Source: an uncultured delta proteobacterium
GTDB taxonomy: Bacteria; Desulfobacterota; Binatia; Binatales; Binataceae
Assembly (NCBI GenBank): GCA_963711565.1
Contig: CAVQEQ010000001.1
Span: 832,001 to 896,000, forward strand
Length of the DNA: 64,000 bases
Reading direction: 5' to 3'
Shown here: positions 51,423 through 60,946 of the stretch, in pieces
Layout: every line of letters starts with the position of its first letter
How positions within the stretch are numbered: position 1 is the stretch's first letter
Made by a program: the position numbers and the translations under genes
Notes under the pieces: generated by a model
The model's database searches: none
What the model saw: only the letters and a program-made list of their open reading frames with translations
What the model was told of the DNA's origin: nothing

Positions 51423-51473
51423 AAATATTGACTGAAATATTAAGTTTGTCAAGTTCAATATCAAAGATATTAA
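51423..51473 (-). promoter_or_regulatory. AT-rich promoter/operator of the DUF2089 operon
   Basis: Minus-strand TTGACA; palindrome TCAATATC-AAA-GATATTAA at 51455-51473; further AATAT half-sites. Confidence 0.55.
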
Positions 51474-51581
51474 GAAGAAACTCAAAAGGCTGGCTGATGG
51501 CGAGCGGAGATGGTACGGCCTTAAGCGACGCCGGGAAAACCACCAATCAATGACAAAAAGTTAAGACTCTTTGAATTTCGT

Positions 51582-51630
51582 TTTACACTGGGCTTACCGG
51601 TCGTTATTCTCGCTACCTATCGAACGGTAG
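51582..51630 (+). promoter_or_regulatory. Sigma70-like promoter and operator of tetR
   Basis: TTTACA-N17-TATTCT, followed by CTACC-N8-GGTAG at 51613-51630. Confidence 0.7.
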
Positions 51631-51661
51631 AAGAGGCCTTCGAGGAGATCCAACAGCGAAC

Positions 51662-52318
51662 ATGCCCAAAGCACTACTGAAGACCAAACTTCGAAACGTG
51701 CGCACCAGGCGCACGAGTCACGCGATTTCGGATACCTATGACCAGATTCTCGCAGTGGCCGAGCAGGAGTTCGCCAACTCGGGATACAACGGCACTTCGC
51801 TCGAAGTGATCGCGCGCCGCACCGGCATCCGCAAGGCCTCGCTGTTCCATCACTTCACCAGCAAGCGCAAGATTTTCGACGCGGTCGTCCGGCGGATTTT
51901 CGATCAGCTCGTCTCCATCGGACGCGAGACCGCGCAGATCGAGAATCCGAGGGAACACCTGCTCGCGATCGCCGGCCGCCTGCACGATTTCATCGCGAGT
52001 CATCCGAACCACGCGCGTCTATTGATGCATCGCGTGCTCGAGGATCCCGCGAGCGTGCGCCGATCGTCCGAGGTGTTCATCAAGCCGCTGGTCGTCGAAA
52101 TGGCCAAGCTGGTGGTCCGCGGAATTGAGATGGGAGTAATCCGCAACACCGACGGTCCGATAACTCTGACGCTCATCGCGCTTGCGATACCGATCCTGCC
52201 GTACTCGTTCGCGCCGGTGGTCGAAGCATGCACCGGCATCGAGGTGTTCTCACCGGAAAGTATCGCGGTCATTCGAAGTCAAGTGCTGCATCGGATGGAG
52301 ATACTCCTCAGCCCCTAG
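51662..52318 (+). CDS. TetR/AcrR-family regulator
   Basis: GYNGTSLEVIARRTGIRKASLFHHFTSK. Confidence 0.93.
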   Translation: MPKALLKTKLRNVRTRRTSHAISDTYDQILAVAEQEFANSGYNGTSLEVIARRTGIRKASLFHHFTSKRKIFDAVVRRIFDQLVSIGRETAQIENPREHLLAIAGRLHDFIASHPNHARLLMHRVLEDPASVRRSSEVFIKPLVVEMAKLVVRGIEMGVIRNTDGPITLTLIALAIPILPYSFAPVVEACTGIEVFSPESIAVIRSQVLHRMEILLSP

Positions 52319-52430
52319 CTGAACCGCTCCAAGGTTGCGGCGCGGGTCGCTCGCAAACCCGTAGCAGGACGAGCGCATCAGCGAATGTAAAATTTAACCG
52401 TTCAGCAACCTGCCAGGGTGCGTTTGTACA

Positions 52431-52488
52431 TTGACATTTGACGAGACCGCAATTATTGTCCGACGCGAAACTACCGATCGGTAGGTAG
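52431..52488 (+). promoter_or_regulatory. Sigma70-like promoter and operator of the secreted-protein gene
   Basis: TTGACA-N17-TATTGT, then CTACCGATCGGTAGGTAG at 52471-52488. Confidence 0.72.
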
Positions 52489-52712
52489 GAATCGAGCTTG
52501 GGGGCTCTGAACCGACCATCCGACTGATCGCAGGTAGCGACGGGACGCGAATTGAATCGAAACCAGGCGCCGCGCGGTGTCCAGCCGTAAGTCGCGTGTG
52601 CCGCTGGAGAAGGAGGTTTTTCTTTCGGCTGAGAGCGCAGGCCCCGCGGTTGAATAGTGGGGAGCTATACGAAAATCAAAGTTCGGAATCGACCGTTAGA
52701 TAGGGAGGATCT

Positions 52713-54254
52713 ATGAAAAGGCAGTTTCTGATTCTGGTCCTGGCCGGTGGCCTGGCGCTGATGGCGGCGCCCAACGCGAGCGCCACGACACCGGGTTTTT
52801 GCGGACACAACTACGCCATGCTGATGCAGGGGGCCGAAGCCAATCCAAATCCCGCCACTGGATCAGGCGATGTAGCAGGGCCTGGCGGATATCCCGGATG
52901 GCTCACCGCCATCGTCGGCGTTGGCGTTATCCAGTTCTCCTCAGACTGTAGCTCAATCACCGGTGAATTGATCTACAACGACGGCAACGTCCAGTTTTCC
53001 GAAACCGGCATCGGCATCTTTGCCGGCCCGGCGCAGTGCTACTCGGCGGAAACCATATTCTCTCAAGGTATGCCGTGTTTCGACGGTACCAACCACTTCA
53101 GTGCCGCCACTGTCACGACCGCCGGAGAGCCGCCCGGGATGGCGCTGCTGCAATTCACCGCCGAATTCAATGCATACGACATCGGCGCTGCACCAGACTC
53201 AGATGCCACGGGTACTATGCCATTCGCATTCACTATCCATGGGACGACGGGAAACTCTGTCCTGGTGGGGAACACGGTTCCATCAACTGTCACGACTGCG
53301 GGAGCACCGGGCGCACCGGTGCTTACTTTGACTCTGGAGGAGCAATCGGTGGCGGCTGACTTGAACCCCGTTCCCACCACCTTCGGCGCGGCTCCATACC
53401 TCGGCAACTCGGCAATCATTTGCAGTGGCACAGGTGCCGACGATGACGACCTGATCTCCGATATCTCTAATGGCGATTCGGGAGGAGTCGCGGGAAGCTA
53501 CGGCAACGCCGTTGGATCGGTCCAAATCTTCGCGAGCGGGCAAGCCGGCGGACTCCTCAGCTTCAACGGCAATGATAACCTCCAGGTTACTGGGAGCACC
53601 GCGTCTGTTTCCAACAACGCGGCCTGCGACTTTACCGAGGTTCCCGATCCTTTTGACGGGCCTGCCACGTTTGCCGACGGTACCAGCAACCTTTGGAGCA
53701 CCATCAGCAGCCCTAACCCCGATGCGACGTGCAGCGATTCGTCGGAGAGCGGCGGCGGATTCGAAACCAGCCAGGTAGCCTGGGGCACCATTGACCAGAA
53801 CTCCTATGCGATGGTGACGGGTCTTCATGAAACATCTTTCGGATTCCTACCGCCGGGTGAGATGTCAACTTGTACCCATATCGCCAACACTCCGGCAGGG
53901 ACTGTCCACATTGCGCCGGCCAGCCTTACGCTGACCGAGAACGGCAACACCGGAGTCAAGGCCATCACGGTGACCAACACCAGTCCGGTGGGATGCGACA
54001 TAACGGCAACACTTGGCGCCGTCAGCGGACCCGGTACGGTAACGTTGACCAACGCCACCAGCACCGAAACCACGACCGTGGAAGGCGGAGCGCCTGAACT
54101 TAATTCCGCTGGAACCCTTGGCGTCAGTTGCACCCAGCCAGTAACGAGCGCGCGGAGTCCTGATCCACAGACCGCGACAGCGACAGTGACGGTGACCTCG
54201 GTGGCTTGCCAGCTAATCGGGACCACGTCGATTCCGGTAACCTGCAAGAACTAA
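52713..54254 (+). CDS. Secreted acidic Ser/Thr/Gly-rich hypothetical (surface) protein
   Basis: GGAGG RBS; signal peptide ending ASA; 12 Cys and only 3 Lys/Arg in the mature chain. Confidence 0.85.
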   Translation: MKRQFLILVLAGGLALMAAPNASATTPGFCGHNYAMLMQGAEANPNPATGSGDVAGPGGYPGWLTAIVGVGVIQFSSDCSSITGELIYNDGNVQFSETGIGIFAGPAQCYSAETIFSQGMPCFDGTNHFSAATVTTAGEPPGMALLQFTAEFNAYDIGAAPDSDATGTMPFAFTIHGTTGNSVLVGNTVPSTVTTAGAPGAPVLTLTLEEQSVAADLNPVPTTFGAAPYLGNSAIICSGTGADDDDLISDISNGDSGGVAGSYGNAVGSVQIFASGQAGGLLSFNGNDNLQVTGSTASVSNNAACDFTEVPDPFDGPATFADGTSNLWSTISSPNPDATCSDSSESGGGFETSQVAWGTIDQNSYAMVTGLHETSFGFLPPGEMSTCTHIANTPAGTVHIAPASLTLTENGNTGVKAITVTNTSPVGCDITATLGAVSGPGTVTLTNATSTETTTVEGGAPELNSAGTLGVSCTQPVTSARSPDPQTATATVTVTSVACQLIGTTSIPVTCKN

Positions 54255-54284
54255 GGGTAAGTTCGAACCCATAATCCCCAAACC

Positions 54285-54314
54285 GAACGGCGGGCCCGCA
54301 AGGGTCCGCCGTTC
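54285..54314 (+). terminator. Strong stem-loop between convergent genes
   Basis: GAACGGCGGGCCC-GCAA-GGGTCCGCCGTTC, 13-bp stem with a GNRA loop; no clear U-tract. Confidence 0.7.
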
Positions 54315-54336
54315 ACCCCTCCCACCAAAGCAGCGC

Positions 54337-55431
54337 TTACGGCGCAGGATGCTGCTGGCTCAGGCAGTGGACGGAGCCGAGACCCCAGACCAGGTCGGTC
54401 GAGGGCACGCCGACGACGACGCGGCCCGGAAAGAGTTTGGAGAGAGTCGAGGCGGCGACGTTATCCTGCGGGCAATCAAACCTCGGCATCAGGACCGCGC
54501 GATTACCGGTGTAGAAGTTCGCGTACGAGGCGGGCAGGCGAGTGTCCTCGTGGATGACGGCGGGAGGCATCGGGAGCGTTTCGATTTTGAACGGACGGCC
54601 GTCCTGATCGCGCGCTGCGCGCAGCCGCGCGAGGTTGTCCTGCAAGACCTTGTAGTTCACGTCGAGCGGGTCGTCTTCGACGACGGTGACGATCGTGTCG
54701 GCGGCGACGAAGCGTGCGAGGTCGTCGATGTGCCCGTCGGTGTCGTCGCCGGCGATTCCGTCGCCGAGCCATAGCACGTTGGTCACGCCAAGATAGGTGC
54801 GCAGGTAATCCTCGATATCGACGCGGCTCAGTGTCGGATTCCGGTTGGGGTTGAGCAGGCACGACTCGGTGGTGAGGACGGAGCCGGCGCCGTTGACGTC
54901 GATCGAACCGCCTTCGAGCACGATGCCCGGCTCGATCACTTCGAAGCCGTAGCGCGCGCTCAGCTTTTGCGGAACTACGTCGTCGAGATCGAAGGCGCCG
55001 TACTTTTCGCCCCACGAGTTGAAGCGCCAGTCGAGTGCGATCTGATTTGGGCCCGCGCGCGCGGCGCTTGCGAGACGGTTGACAAAAATCGGGCCGTGGT
55101 CGCGCACCCACGCATCGTTGGTCGGCAAATGAAAAATGTCGATCGGATGAAGCGGGCCGGGCGCTTCCTTTTCGGTGCGGCGTGCGGCGTCGCGAATCAT
55201 CGCGGGAACGTCGTCGAGCTGCGCCGCGTCAGTGACCATCAAGCGGACGGGCTCGAAGCGCGCAATCTTCGCGACCATATCCGCATAGATCGCTGGGATG
55301 ACGTCGAACTTGCCGGGCCAGGTGTCGCGATTGTGCGGCCATGCGAGGTAGCAGGCGAGGTGCGGCGCCCACTCCGGTGGCATCCGATAGCCCGCGAGAG
55401 TGCGGCGATGTTCAGGTGGGATTGCGGTCAC
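54337..55431 (-). CDS. aguA: Agmatine deiminase
   Basis: RMPPEW, DAWVRDHGP, LEGGSIDVNG, DDTDGHID, GSVHCLSQQ. Confidence 0.92.
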   Translation of the reverse strand: MTAIPPEHRRTLAGYRMPPEWAPHLACYLAWPHNRDTWPGKFDVIPAIYADMVAKIARFEPVRLMVTDAAQLDDVPAMIRDAARRTEKEAPGPLHPIDIFHLPTNDAWVRDHGPIFVNRLASAARAGPNQIALDWRFNSWGEKYGAFDLDDVVPQKLSARYGFEVIEPGIVLEGGSIDVNGAGSVLTTESCLLNPNRNPTLSRVDIEDYLRTYLGVTNVLWLGDGIAGDDTDGHIDDLARFVAADTIVTVVEDDPLDVNYKVLQDNLARLRAARDQDGRPFKIETLPMPPAVIHEDTRLPASYANFYTGNRAVLMPRFDCPQDNVAASTLSKLFPGRVVVGVPSTDLVWGLGSVHCLSQQHPAP

Positions 55432-55433
55432 GG

Positions 55434-56309
55434 CTAAGAGCGATAGCGGCGAGTCAGGTCGGCGTAGGCGTCGATGCGGCGATCGCGCAGGAAGGGCCAG
55501 TTGCGGCGGACTTGCTCGATCTTGGCAAGGTCGCATTCAGCGACGAGCGTCTCTTCTGCGCTGGCGCTCGCGCGCGCGATCACTTCGCCGAAAGGATCCA
55601 CCACGAAGGAATCGCCCCAGAACTCAAGCTCACCCTCGACGCCAACGCGGTTGACTGCCGCGACGAAGACGCCGTTGGCAATCGCATGACTGCGCTGAAT
55701 CGTTTCCCACGCGTTGACCTGCTTGGGGCGGACTTTTTCCGGCTCGCCATGCCACCATCCGATGGCCGTCGGATAGAAGAGAATTTGCGCGCCGGCCATC
55801 GCGGTCAGGCGCGCGGCTTCGGGGAACCATTGATCCCAGCATACGAGCACGCCGACCGAGCCGCGCGAGGTGGGATGCGCGACGAAATCGAGATCGCCGG
55901 GGGTGAAGTAAAATTTTTCGTAGTAGCGCGGGTCGTCGGGGATATGCATCTTGCGGTAGCGCCCGACGATTTTGCCGGCCTCGTCAATGACGGCGGCGGT
56001 GTTGTGATACACGCCCGCCGCGCGGCGCTCGAAAATCGACGCGACGATGATTATCTTGCGCGCCTTGGCGACGGCACCGAGCGCATCAGTCGTAGGACCG
56101 GGAATCGGCTCGGCGAGATCGAAAAATTTGGGGTCCTCGACTTGGCATGGGTACTGCCCACCGAACAACTCCTGGGTGCATACGATGTGTGCGCCGCGCT
56201 TCGCGGCCTCCTCGATTTTGGCGATCGCCTTGTCGAGGTTAAGACGCGGCTCAGCCGCACAGCTCATCTGAATCAGCCCGATAGCGACCTTGCCTGCGTG
56301 CGATGCCAT
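55434..56309 (-). CDS. aguB: Carbon-nitrogen hydrolase, probable N-carbamoylputrescine amidase
   Basis: QELF, YRKMHIPDDP, VCWDQWFPEAAR, YPTAIGW; adjacent to aguA. Confidence 0.85.
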   Translation of the reverse strand: MASHAGKVAIGLIQMSCAAEPRLNLDKAIAKIEEAAKRGAHIVCTQELFGGQYPCQVEDPKFFDLAEPIPGPTTDALGAVAKARKIIIVASIFERRAAGVYHNTAAVIDEAGKIVGRYRKMHIPDDPRYYEKFYFTPGDLDFVAHPTSRGSVGVLVCWDQWFPEAARLTAMAGAQILFYPTAIGWWHGEPEKVRPKQVNAWETIQRSHAIANGVFVAAVNRVGVEGELEFWGDSFVVDPFGEVIARASASAEETLVAECDLAKIEQVRRNWPFLRDRRIDAYADLTRRYRS

Positions 56310-56459
56310 GACAATGGTGATAGCAACCACGCGAGTCCCACGCCATCGCATAGGACAATCACGTTACTATGGGCACGAAACAAAATCGGCGTGGGCGGTT
56401 GCATGTACCCGGCTGTGATATTGTAATAGAGCGCGCAAAAGAACCCGCGCTGGAGAATT

Positions 56460-56598
56460 TCGGGACTGCCCGCCGCTGATAGCCGGGTCCTGCGCAAGGG
56501 AAGGCCGCGAACCCCGCCAGGTCCGGAAGGAAGCAACGGTACCGGCTGCCACCCTGTGCCGCAGGGGTGCCTGGCTATCATTCGACGGGCAGTCTCGA
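56460..56598 (+). ncRNA. ffs: Signal recognition particle RNA
   Basis: Helix-8 motif CAGGTCCGGAAGGAAGCA inside a long hairpin; directly upstream of dnaX. Confidence 0.95.
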
Positions 56599-56614
56599 GC
56601 GAAAAAATTTCGCG

Positions 56615-58490
56615 ATGGCCGAATCTCAAACCCCACATCTCGTACTCGCGCGCAAATGGCGGCCCGAACGCTTCTCCGAGCTGGTCGGCCAGGAGCACGT
56701 GACGCGCACGCTCGGCGAAGCGCTGAAGCGCGGCAGAATTGCGCACGCGTTTTTGTTCACCGGGATTCGCGGCGTCGGCAAAACTACGGCGGCGAGGATT
56801 CTCGCGCGGTGCCTCAATTGCGAGAAGGGGCCGACCGCGGAGCCGTGCGGCGAATGCGCGGCGTGCGTCGAGATTCGCGCCGGCTCGTCGCTCGACGTCA
56901 ACGAGATCGACGGCGCGACCTACCGCAAGATCGAGGACGCGCGGGCGATCATCGAAAATCTCAGCTACCGGCCCGCGCGCGACCGCTTCAAGATTTACAT
57001 TATCGACGAGGCGCATCAGCTTACCGACTCAGCCTTCAACGCGCTGTTGAAGACGCTCGAGGAGCCGCCGCCACACGTCAAGTTTATTCTCGCGACGACC
57101 GAGCCGCAGAAGATGCCCGAGACGATCCTCTCGCGGCTGCAGCGCTACGATTTTCGGCGCATCCCCTACCTCAAAATTCTCGAGCGGCTGCAGGATCTCG
57201 CGGGCCGCGAAGGCGTCGAGGTCGAGGAGAGCGCGATCCGGCTGCTCGCGCGCGAGGCCGGCGGCAGCATGCGCGATGCGGAGCGGATGCTCGAGACGGC
57301 AATCGCGACGGCGGCGGGCAAAGTTACCGAGGCCGAGGTCGCCGCGTCGCTCGGCGTCGCGAGCAGGACTACCGTGTTGAAGTTGGCCGACGCGATTCTG
57401 CAGAAGAACGCGGCGACAGCGCTTGCCCATGTGCGTGAACTCGCGAGCCGCGGCGCCAACCTTGAATCGCTGGGGCGCGATCTGCTCGAGACGATCAGAA
57501 ATCTCGCAGTCGCGAAACTTCCCGGCGACGCCGACACTCCGCTCGACGACATTCCCGATCATGAAGTGGCGGAGCTGAAGCGCCTGGCTGCGGGCGCGAG
57601 CGCGCGCGATATCATGAGGCTGTTTCGCCTGATGGCCGATTCGCAGGAACAGATTCTTAAATCGCCCTACCCCGATTTGCTGCTCGAAATGGCGGTGGTG
57701 CGGATGGCGTCGTTGGCGGCTGGTGATCGACGCTGACGAATTGCTGCGCGCGATCGGCTCGACGCCTGCCTCAGGCACTCCGCCCGCATCGTCGGGCGGT
57801 GGCTCTGGTGGCCGCGGTGCGGCGAAGCCGGAGCCCGCGCCGAGTCCGCAATCGAGCGGTGCGCGGCGGCTGCGCGTCGAGGGCGAGGTCAAAGCCGACG
57901 CGCCACTGCGAAGTGAGTCTCACGACGACGGTCCGCGCGAACTTCCCGAACTGCGCGATTTTATCCGCGGACGGCGCGCGGCGCTCGCCGGGTTCATGGA
58001 GCAGGGCGCGGGACTCGCGCTCGACGGCGACATCCTGACGGTGACGGCGCGCAACGACATTTACATCCGCTATCTGAGCGACAACAAAGCAGTGATCGCG
58101 GAGCTTGCGAGCGAGCATCTAGGCCGCGCGATTCGAGTCGAGTTGTCGGCCAACGGTGCGGCGAATAGCGCGGCCAGCCGGCCTACGATTCCGCTCGCGA
58201 GCAACGGTCTCACACGCGAGCTGCCGTCCGCGCCGGCGATGGCCGCAAGCAATCCGGTTGCGGAACAAGCTCCCAAAAAACCGGCGCCGTCGAGACCGAT
58301 CGAATCGATCAGAGAATTTGCGCCCGCATCGCCGGCGACAGAGACGGCGCGACGAACCGCGACGCCCGAGGAGCGGCAGGCGGTGCTGGCGGATCCCTCG
58401 GTCCGAAGAGTGTTCGATACATTGGATGCGCGGCTGGTGGAATTGAGGATGCCGAATTCAGCAGATGCTTCGGCGAAGGAATCAAAGTAA
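56615..58490 (+). CDS. dnaX: DNA polymerase III gamma/tau subunit, frameshift near 57720
   Basis: LARKWRP, GIRGVGKTT, CLNC…CGECAAC, IDEAH, ILSRLQ; C-terminal part continues in ORF 57723-58490. Confidence 0.93.
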
Positions 58491-58530
58491 TACGTTGCCG
58501 CAGGGAAACCCGCGGCAAGGAGCGATTAGA

Positions 58531-58860
58531 GTGGCAGAAATTGATTTGTCGGCATTGATGCAGCAGGCGCAGGCGCTGCAGACGCGAATGAAGGAAATGC
58601 AGGATGCGGCGTCGCTGAAAACCGTTGAAGCGCAATCGGGCGGCGGGATGGTGCGGGTCGTCGTCAACGGTACGCTGCGCGTGCGCAAAATAGAAATCGA
58701 CGCCGCGCTCGTCGGCGCCAACGACAAGTCGATGCTCGAAGACCTGATCCTGGTGGCCGTCAACGACGGGATTGCGCGCGCGCAGAAGATGCTCGCCGAC
58801 GAGATGGGCAAGCTTGGCCCGCTGAGCGGATTGCAGATCCCGGGCTTCGGCAACGAATGA
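58531..58860 (+). CDS. ybaB: YbaB/EbfC nucleoid-associated protein
   Basis: LMQQAQALQ, SGGGMV, MLEDLILVAVND; between dnaX and recR. Confidence 0.93.
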   Translation: MAEIDLSALMQQAQALQTRMKEMQDAASLKTVEAQSGGGMVRVVVNGTLRVRKIEIDAALVGANDKSMLEDLILVAVNDGIARAQKMLADEMGKLGPLSGLQIPGFGNE

Positions 58861-58873
58861 CGGATCGCGTGTG

Positions 58874-59497
58874 ATGGCGGAGAACCTGAAGCGCCAGGAC
58901 GGACTGCCGCCCGCGATGACGCGGCTCGTCAAGGAACTGTCGCGCTTGCCGGGGATCGGCGAGAAGACGGCGTCGCGGCTCGCATTCAACCTGCTCAATC
59001 GGCCGCGCGACCAGGTGATCGCGCTGGCGGAATCCCTGCTCGAAATGAAAGAGCGCGTCGGCCTGTGCTCGGGATGCTTCGGCCTGTCGGACCATCCGCG
59101 CTGCCAGATTTGCGACGACGAAGCTCGCGAGCGCGAAGTGATCTGCGTCGTCGAAGGGCCGGCGGACCTGATGGCAATCGAGCGCGCCCGCAGTTTCGGC
59201 GGCGTGTATCATGTGCTCAACGGCGCGCTCGCGCCGCTCGACGGCATCGGCCCCGACGACATCAAGATGAAGGAACTGATTGCGCGCGTCAGCCCTCCCG
59301 CAGTTGTTCGCGAGGTGATAATCGCGACCAATGCGACCGTCGAGGGCGAGGCGACCGCGCTCTACATCGCGCGCATGCTGAAACCGCTCGGCGTCAAGAC
59401 GACACGGCTCGCGCGCGGACTGCCGGCGGGCGGCGACCTCGAATACAGCGATTCCGCCACGCTGACCAGCGCGCTAAGCGGCCGCCGCGAACTCTAG
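58874..59497 (+). CDS. recR: Recombination mediator RecR
   Basis: LPGIGEKTA, CSGC…CQIC, ICVVE, EVIIATNATVEGEATA. Confidence 0.96.
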   Translation: MAENLKRQDGLPPAMTRLVKELSRLPGIGEKTASRLAFNLLNRPRDQVIALAESLLEMKERVGLCSGCFGLSDHPRCQICDDEAREREVICVVEGPADLMAIERARSFGGVYHVLNGALAPLDGIGPDDIKMKELIARVSPPAVVREVIIATNATVEGEATALYIARMLKPLGVKTTRLARGLPAGGDLEYSDSATLTSALSGRREL

Positions 59498-59502
59498 TTG
59501 TC

Positions 59503-59856
59503 GTGCACATAGACTTCGGACCTTTCTTCAGGTCAGGAATCGCGACGATGTTCGCGATCGCGCTGTCGGCATGCGGCGGTCCTGCGCCGCCGATGACTCC
59601 CGCACAGCGTGGGCGAATCGTGTACATGACGAATTGCGTGGTTTGCCATAACGCCGATCCCAACCTGCCGGGGAGCCAGGGACCGCCGATCGCAGGCGCA
59701 TCGCGGGAGCTGGTGTACGATCGCGTAATGTTTCTGAAGTATCCGCCGGGGTACACGCCCAAACGCGACACGCATCTGATGCGCCCGCTGCCGCAGCTGG
59801 CGAACCAAATCGACGACCTGACCGCGTTCCTGGCCGAGGCGGCGAAGGAGAACTGA
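59503..59856 (+). CDS. Monoheme cytochrome c lipoprotein
   Basis: Lipobox LSAC; CVVCH; distal Met in HLMRP; start at 59503 or 59548. Confidence 0.82.
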   Translation: MHIDFGPFFRSGIATMFAIALSACGGPAPPMTPAQRGRIVYMTNCVVCHNADPNLPGSQGPPIAGASRELVYDRVMFLKYPPGYTPKRDTHLMRPLPQLANQIDDLTAFLAEAAKEN

Positions 59857-59980
59857 AAGGCGTTTGTCTGGAGCCAATCGTCAGGCGTAACATCGGATCG
59901 CAGAGCCCAATTTCGGGACCATTCACCAATCAGCCGGGCCCGCGAATATCGATTCGAGCCCGAAAAGGACGGTCATCATC

Positions 59981-60562
59981 ATGGCATTTAAACTTCCCGA
60001 ACTCCCGTACAGTATCGACTCACTGAAACCCAACATCTCGGCCGAGACGCTCGAGTATCATCACGGCAAGCATCACAACGCCTACGTCACCAAGCTCAAC
60101 GAACTGATCGAGGGCGGCAAGTTCGCGAGCGCCTCGCTCGAAGAGATCGTCAAGAGCGCAGAGCCCGGACCGCTGCTGAACAATTCGGGGCAGCATTTCA
60201 ATCATTCCTTCTACTGGAAATCGTTGAGTCCCAAGGGCGGCGGCGCACCGAAGGGACCGGTGGCGGACGCGATCAAGAAAGCCTTCGGCGATTTCGAGGC
60301 GTTCAAGAAAAAATTCAGCGAGGCGGCCACCGGCCACTTCGGCAGCGGATGGGCATGGCTGGTGCGCGCGAAGGACGGCACCGTCCAGGTAATCTCGACG
60401 CATGATGCGGGATGCCCGATACGCGAGGGGCAGACGCCGATTCTCACCTGCGACGTGTGGGAGCATGCGTACTACATCGACTATCGCAACGCGCGGCCCA
60501 AGTACGTCGAGGCATGGTGGAACCTGGTCAACTGGGATTTCGCGAACGAAAATCTGAAGTAG
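59981..60562 (+). CDS. sodB: Fe/Mn superoxide dismutase (Fe-type signature)
   Basis: HHGKHH, NHSFYW, FGSGWAWL, DVWEHAYY. Confidence 0.93.
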   Translation: MAFKLPELPYSIDSLKPNISAETLEYHHGKHHNAYVTKLNELIEGGKFASASLEEIVKSAEPGPLLNNSGQHFNHSFYWKSLSPKGGGAPKGPVADAIKKAFGDFEAFKKKFSEAATGHFGSGWAWLVRAKDGTVQVISTHDAGCPIREGQTPILTCDVWEHAYYIDYRNARPKYVEAWWNLVNWDFANENLK

Positions 60563-60684
60563 TCGAAGGCACAGAGATAATCGCGCATCGCAACTGCCGC
60601 GAGGAGATGCGCCGCGCGGGCGATCCGGCCATGTTCGAGCGGATGGTTGCGCGGCGGCTGGCGTAAAGTCGCGGAATGATAGCT

Positions 60685-60930
60685 GGGCTGCGCGCCCCGC
60701 ACCCGCGCGGCAGGGGTGACCCCTGCACCCGGTATCAGGAAGAGACAAAAAATGCGGGCTGACGCCCTGTTAGGAAGTTCTGGCGCGAGAACGCGAAGCG
60801 GGCTCGTGACCAGCGGCACAGATACACCTCGCCAGTTCCCCCCAAAGCAGTTCTAACAGGGACGAAGTCCCGCATCTTAATACTGGATGCCGGGTCACCC
60901 CCGCCGGGGGTGTGGGGCGAGGAGCCCCAC
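60685..60930. repeat. Nested inverted-repeat element (REP/REPIN-like or structured RNA)
   Basis: Arms GCCCCGCACCC/GGGTGTGGGGC, GGGGTGACCC/GGGTCACCCC, ATGCGGG/CCCGCAT, CCCTGTTAG/CTAACAGGG. Confidence 0.7.
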
Positions 60931-60946
60931 ATACAATCGTTCTGCC

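Noticed and set aside
59065-59502. Long N-terminus on the cytochrome c ORF
   Set aside because: Out-of-frame overlap with recR; the lipoprotein signal starts after 59500.
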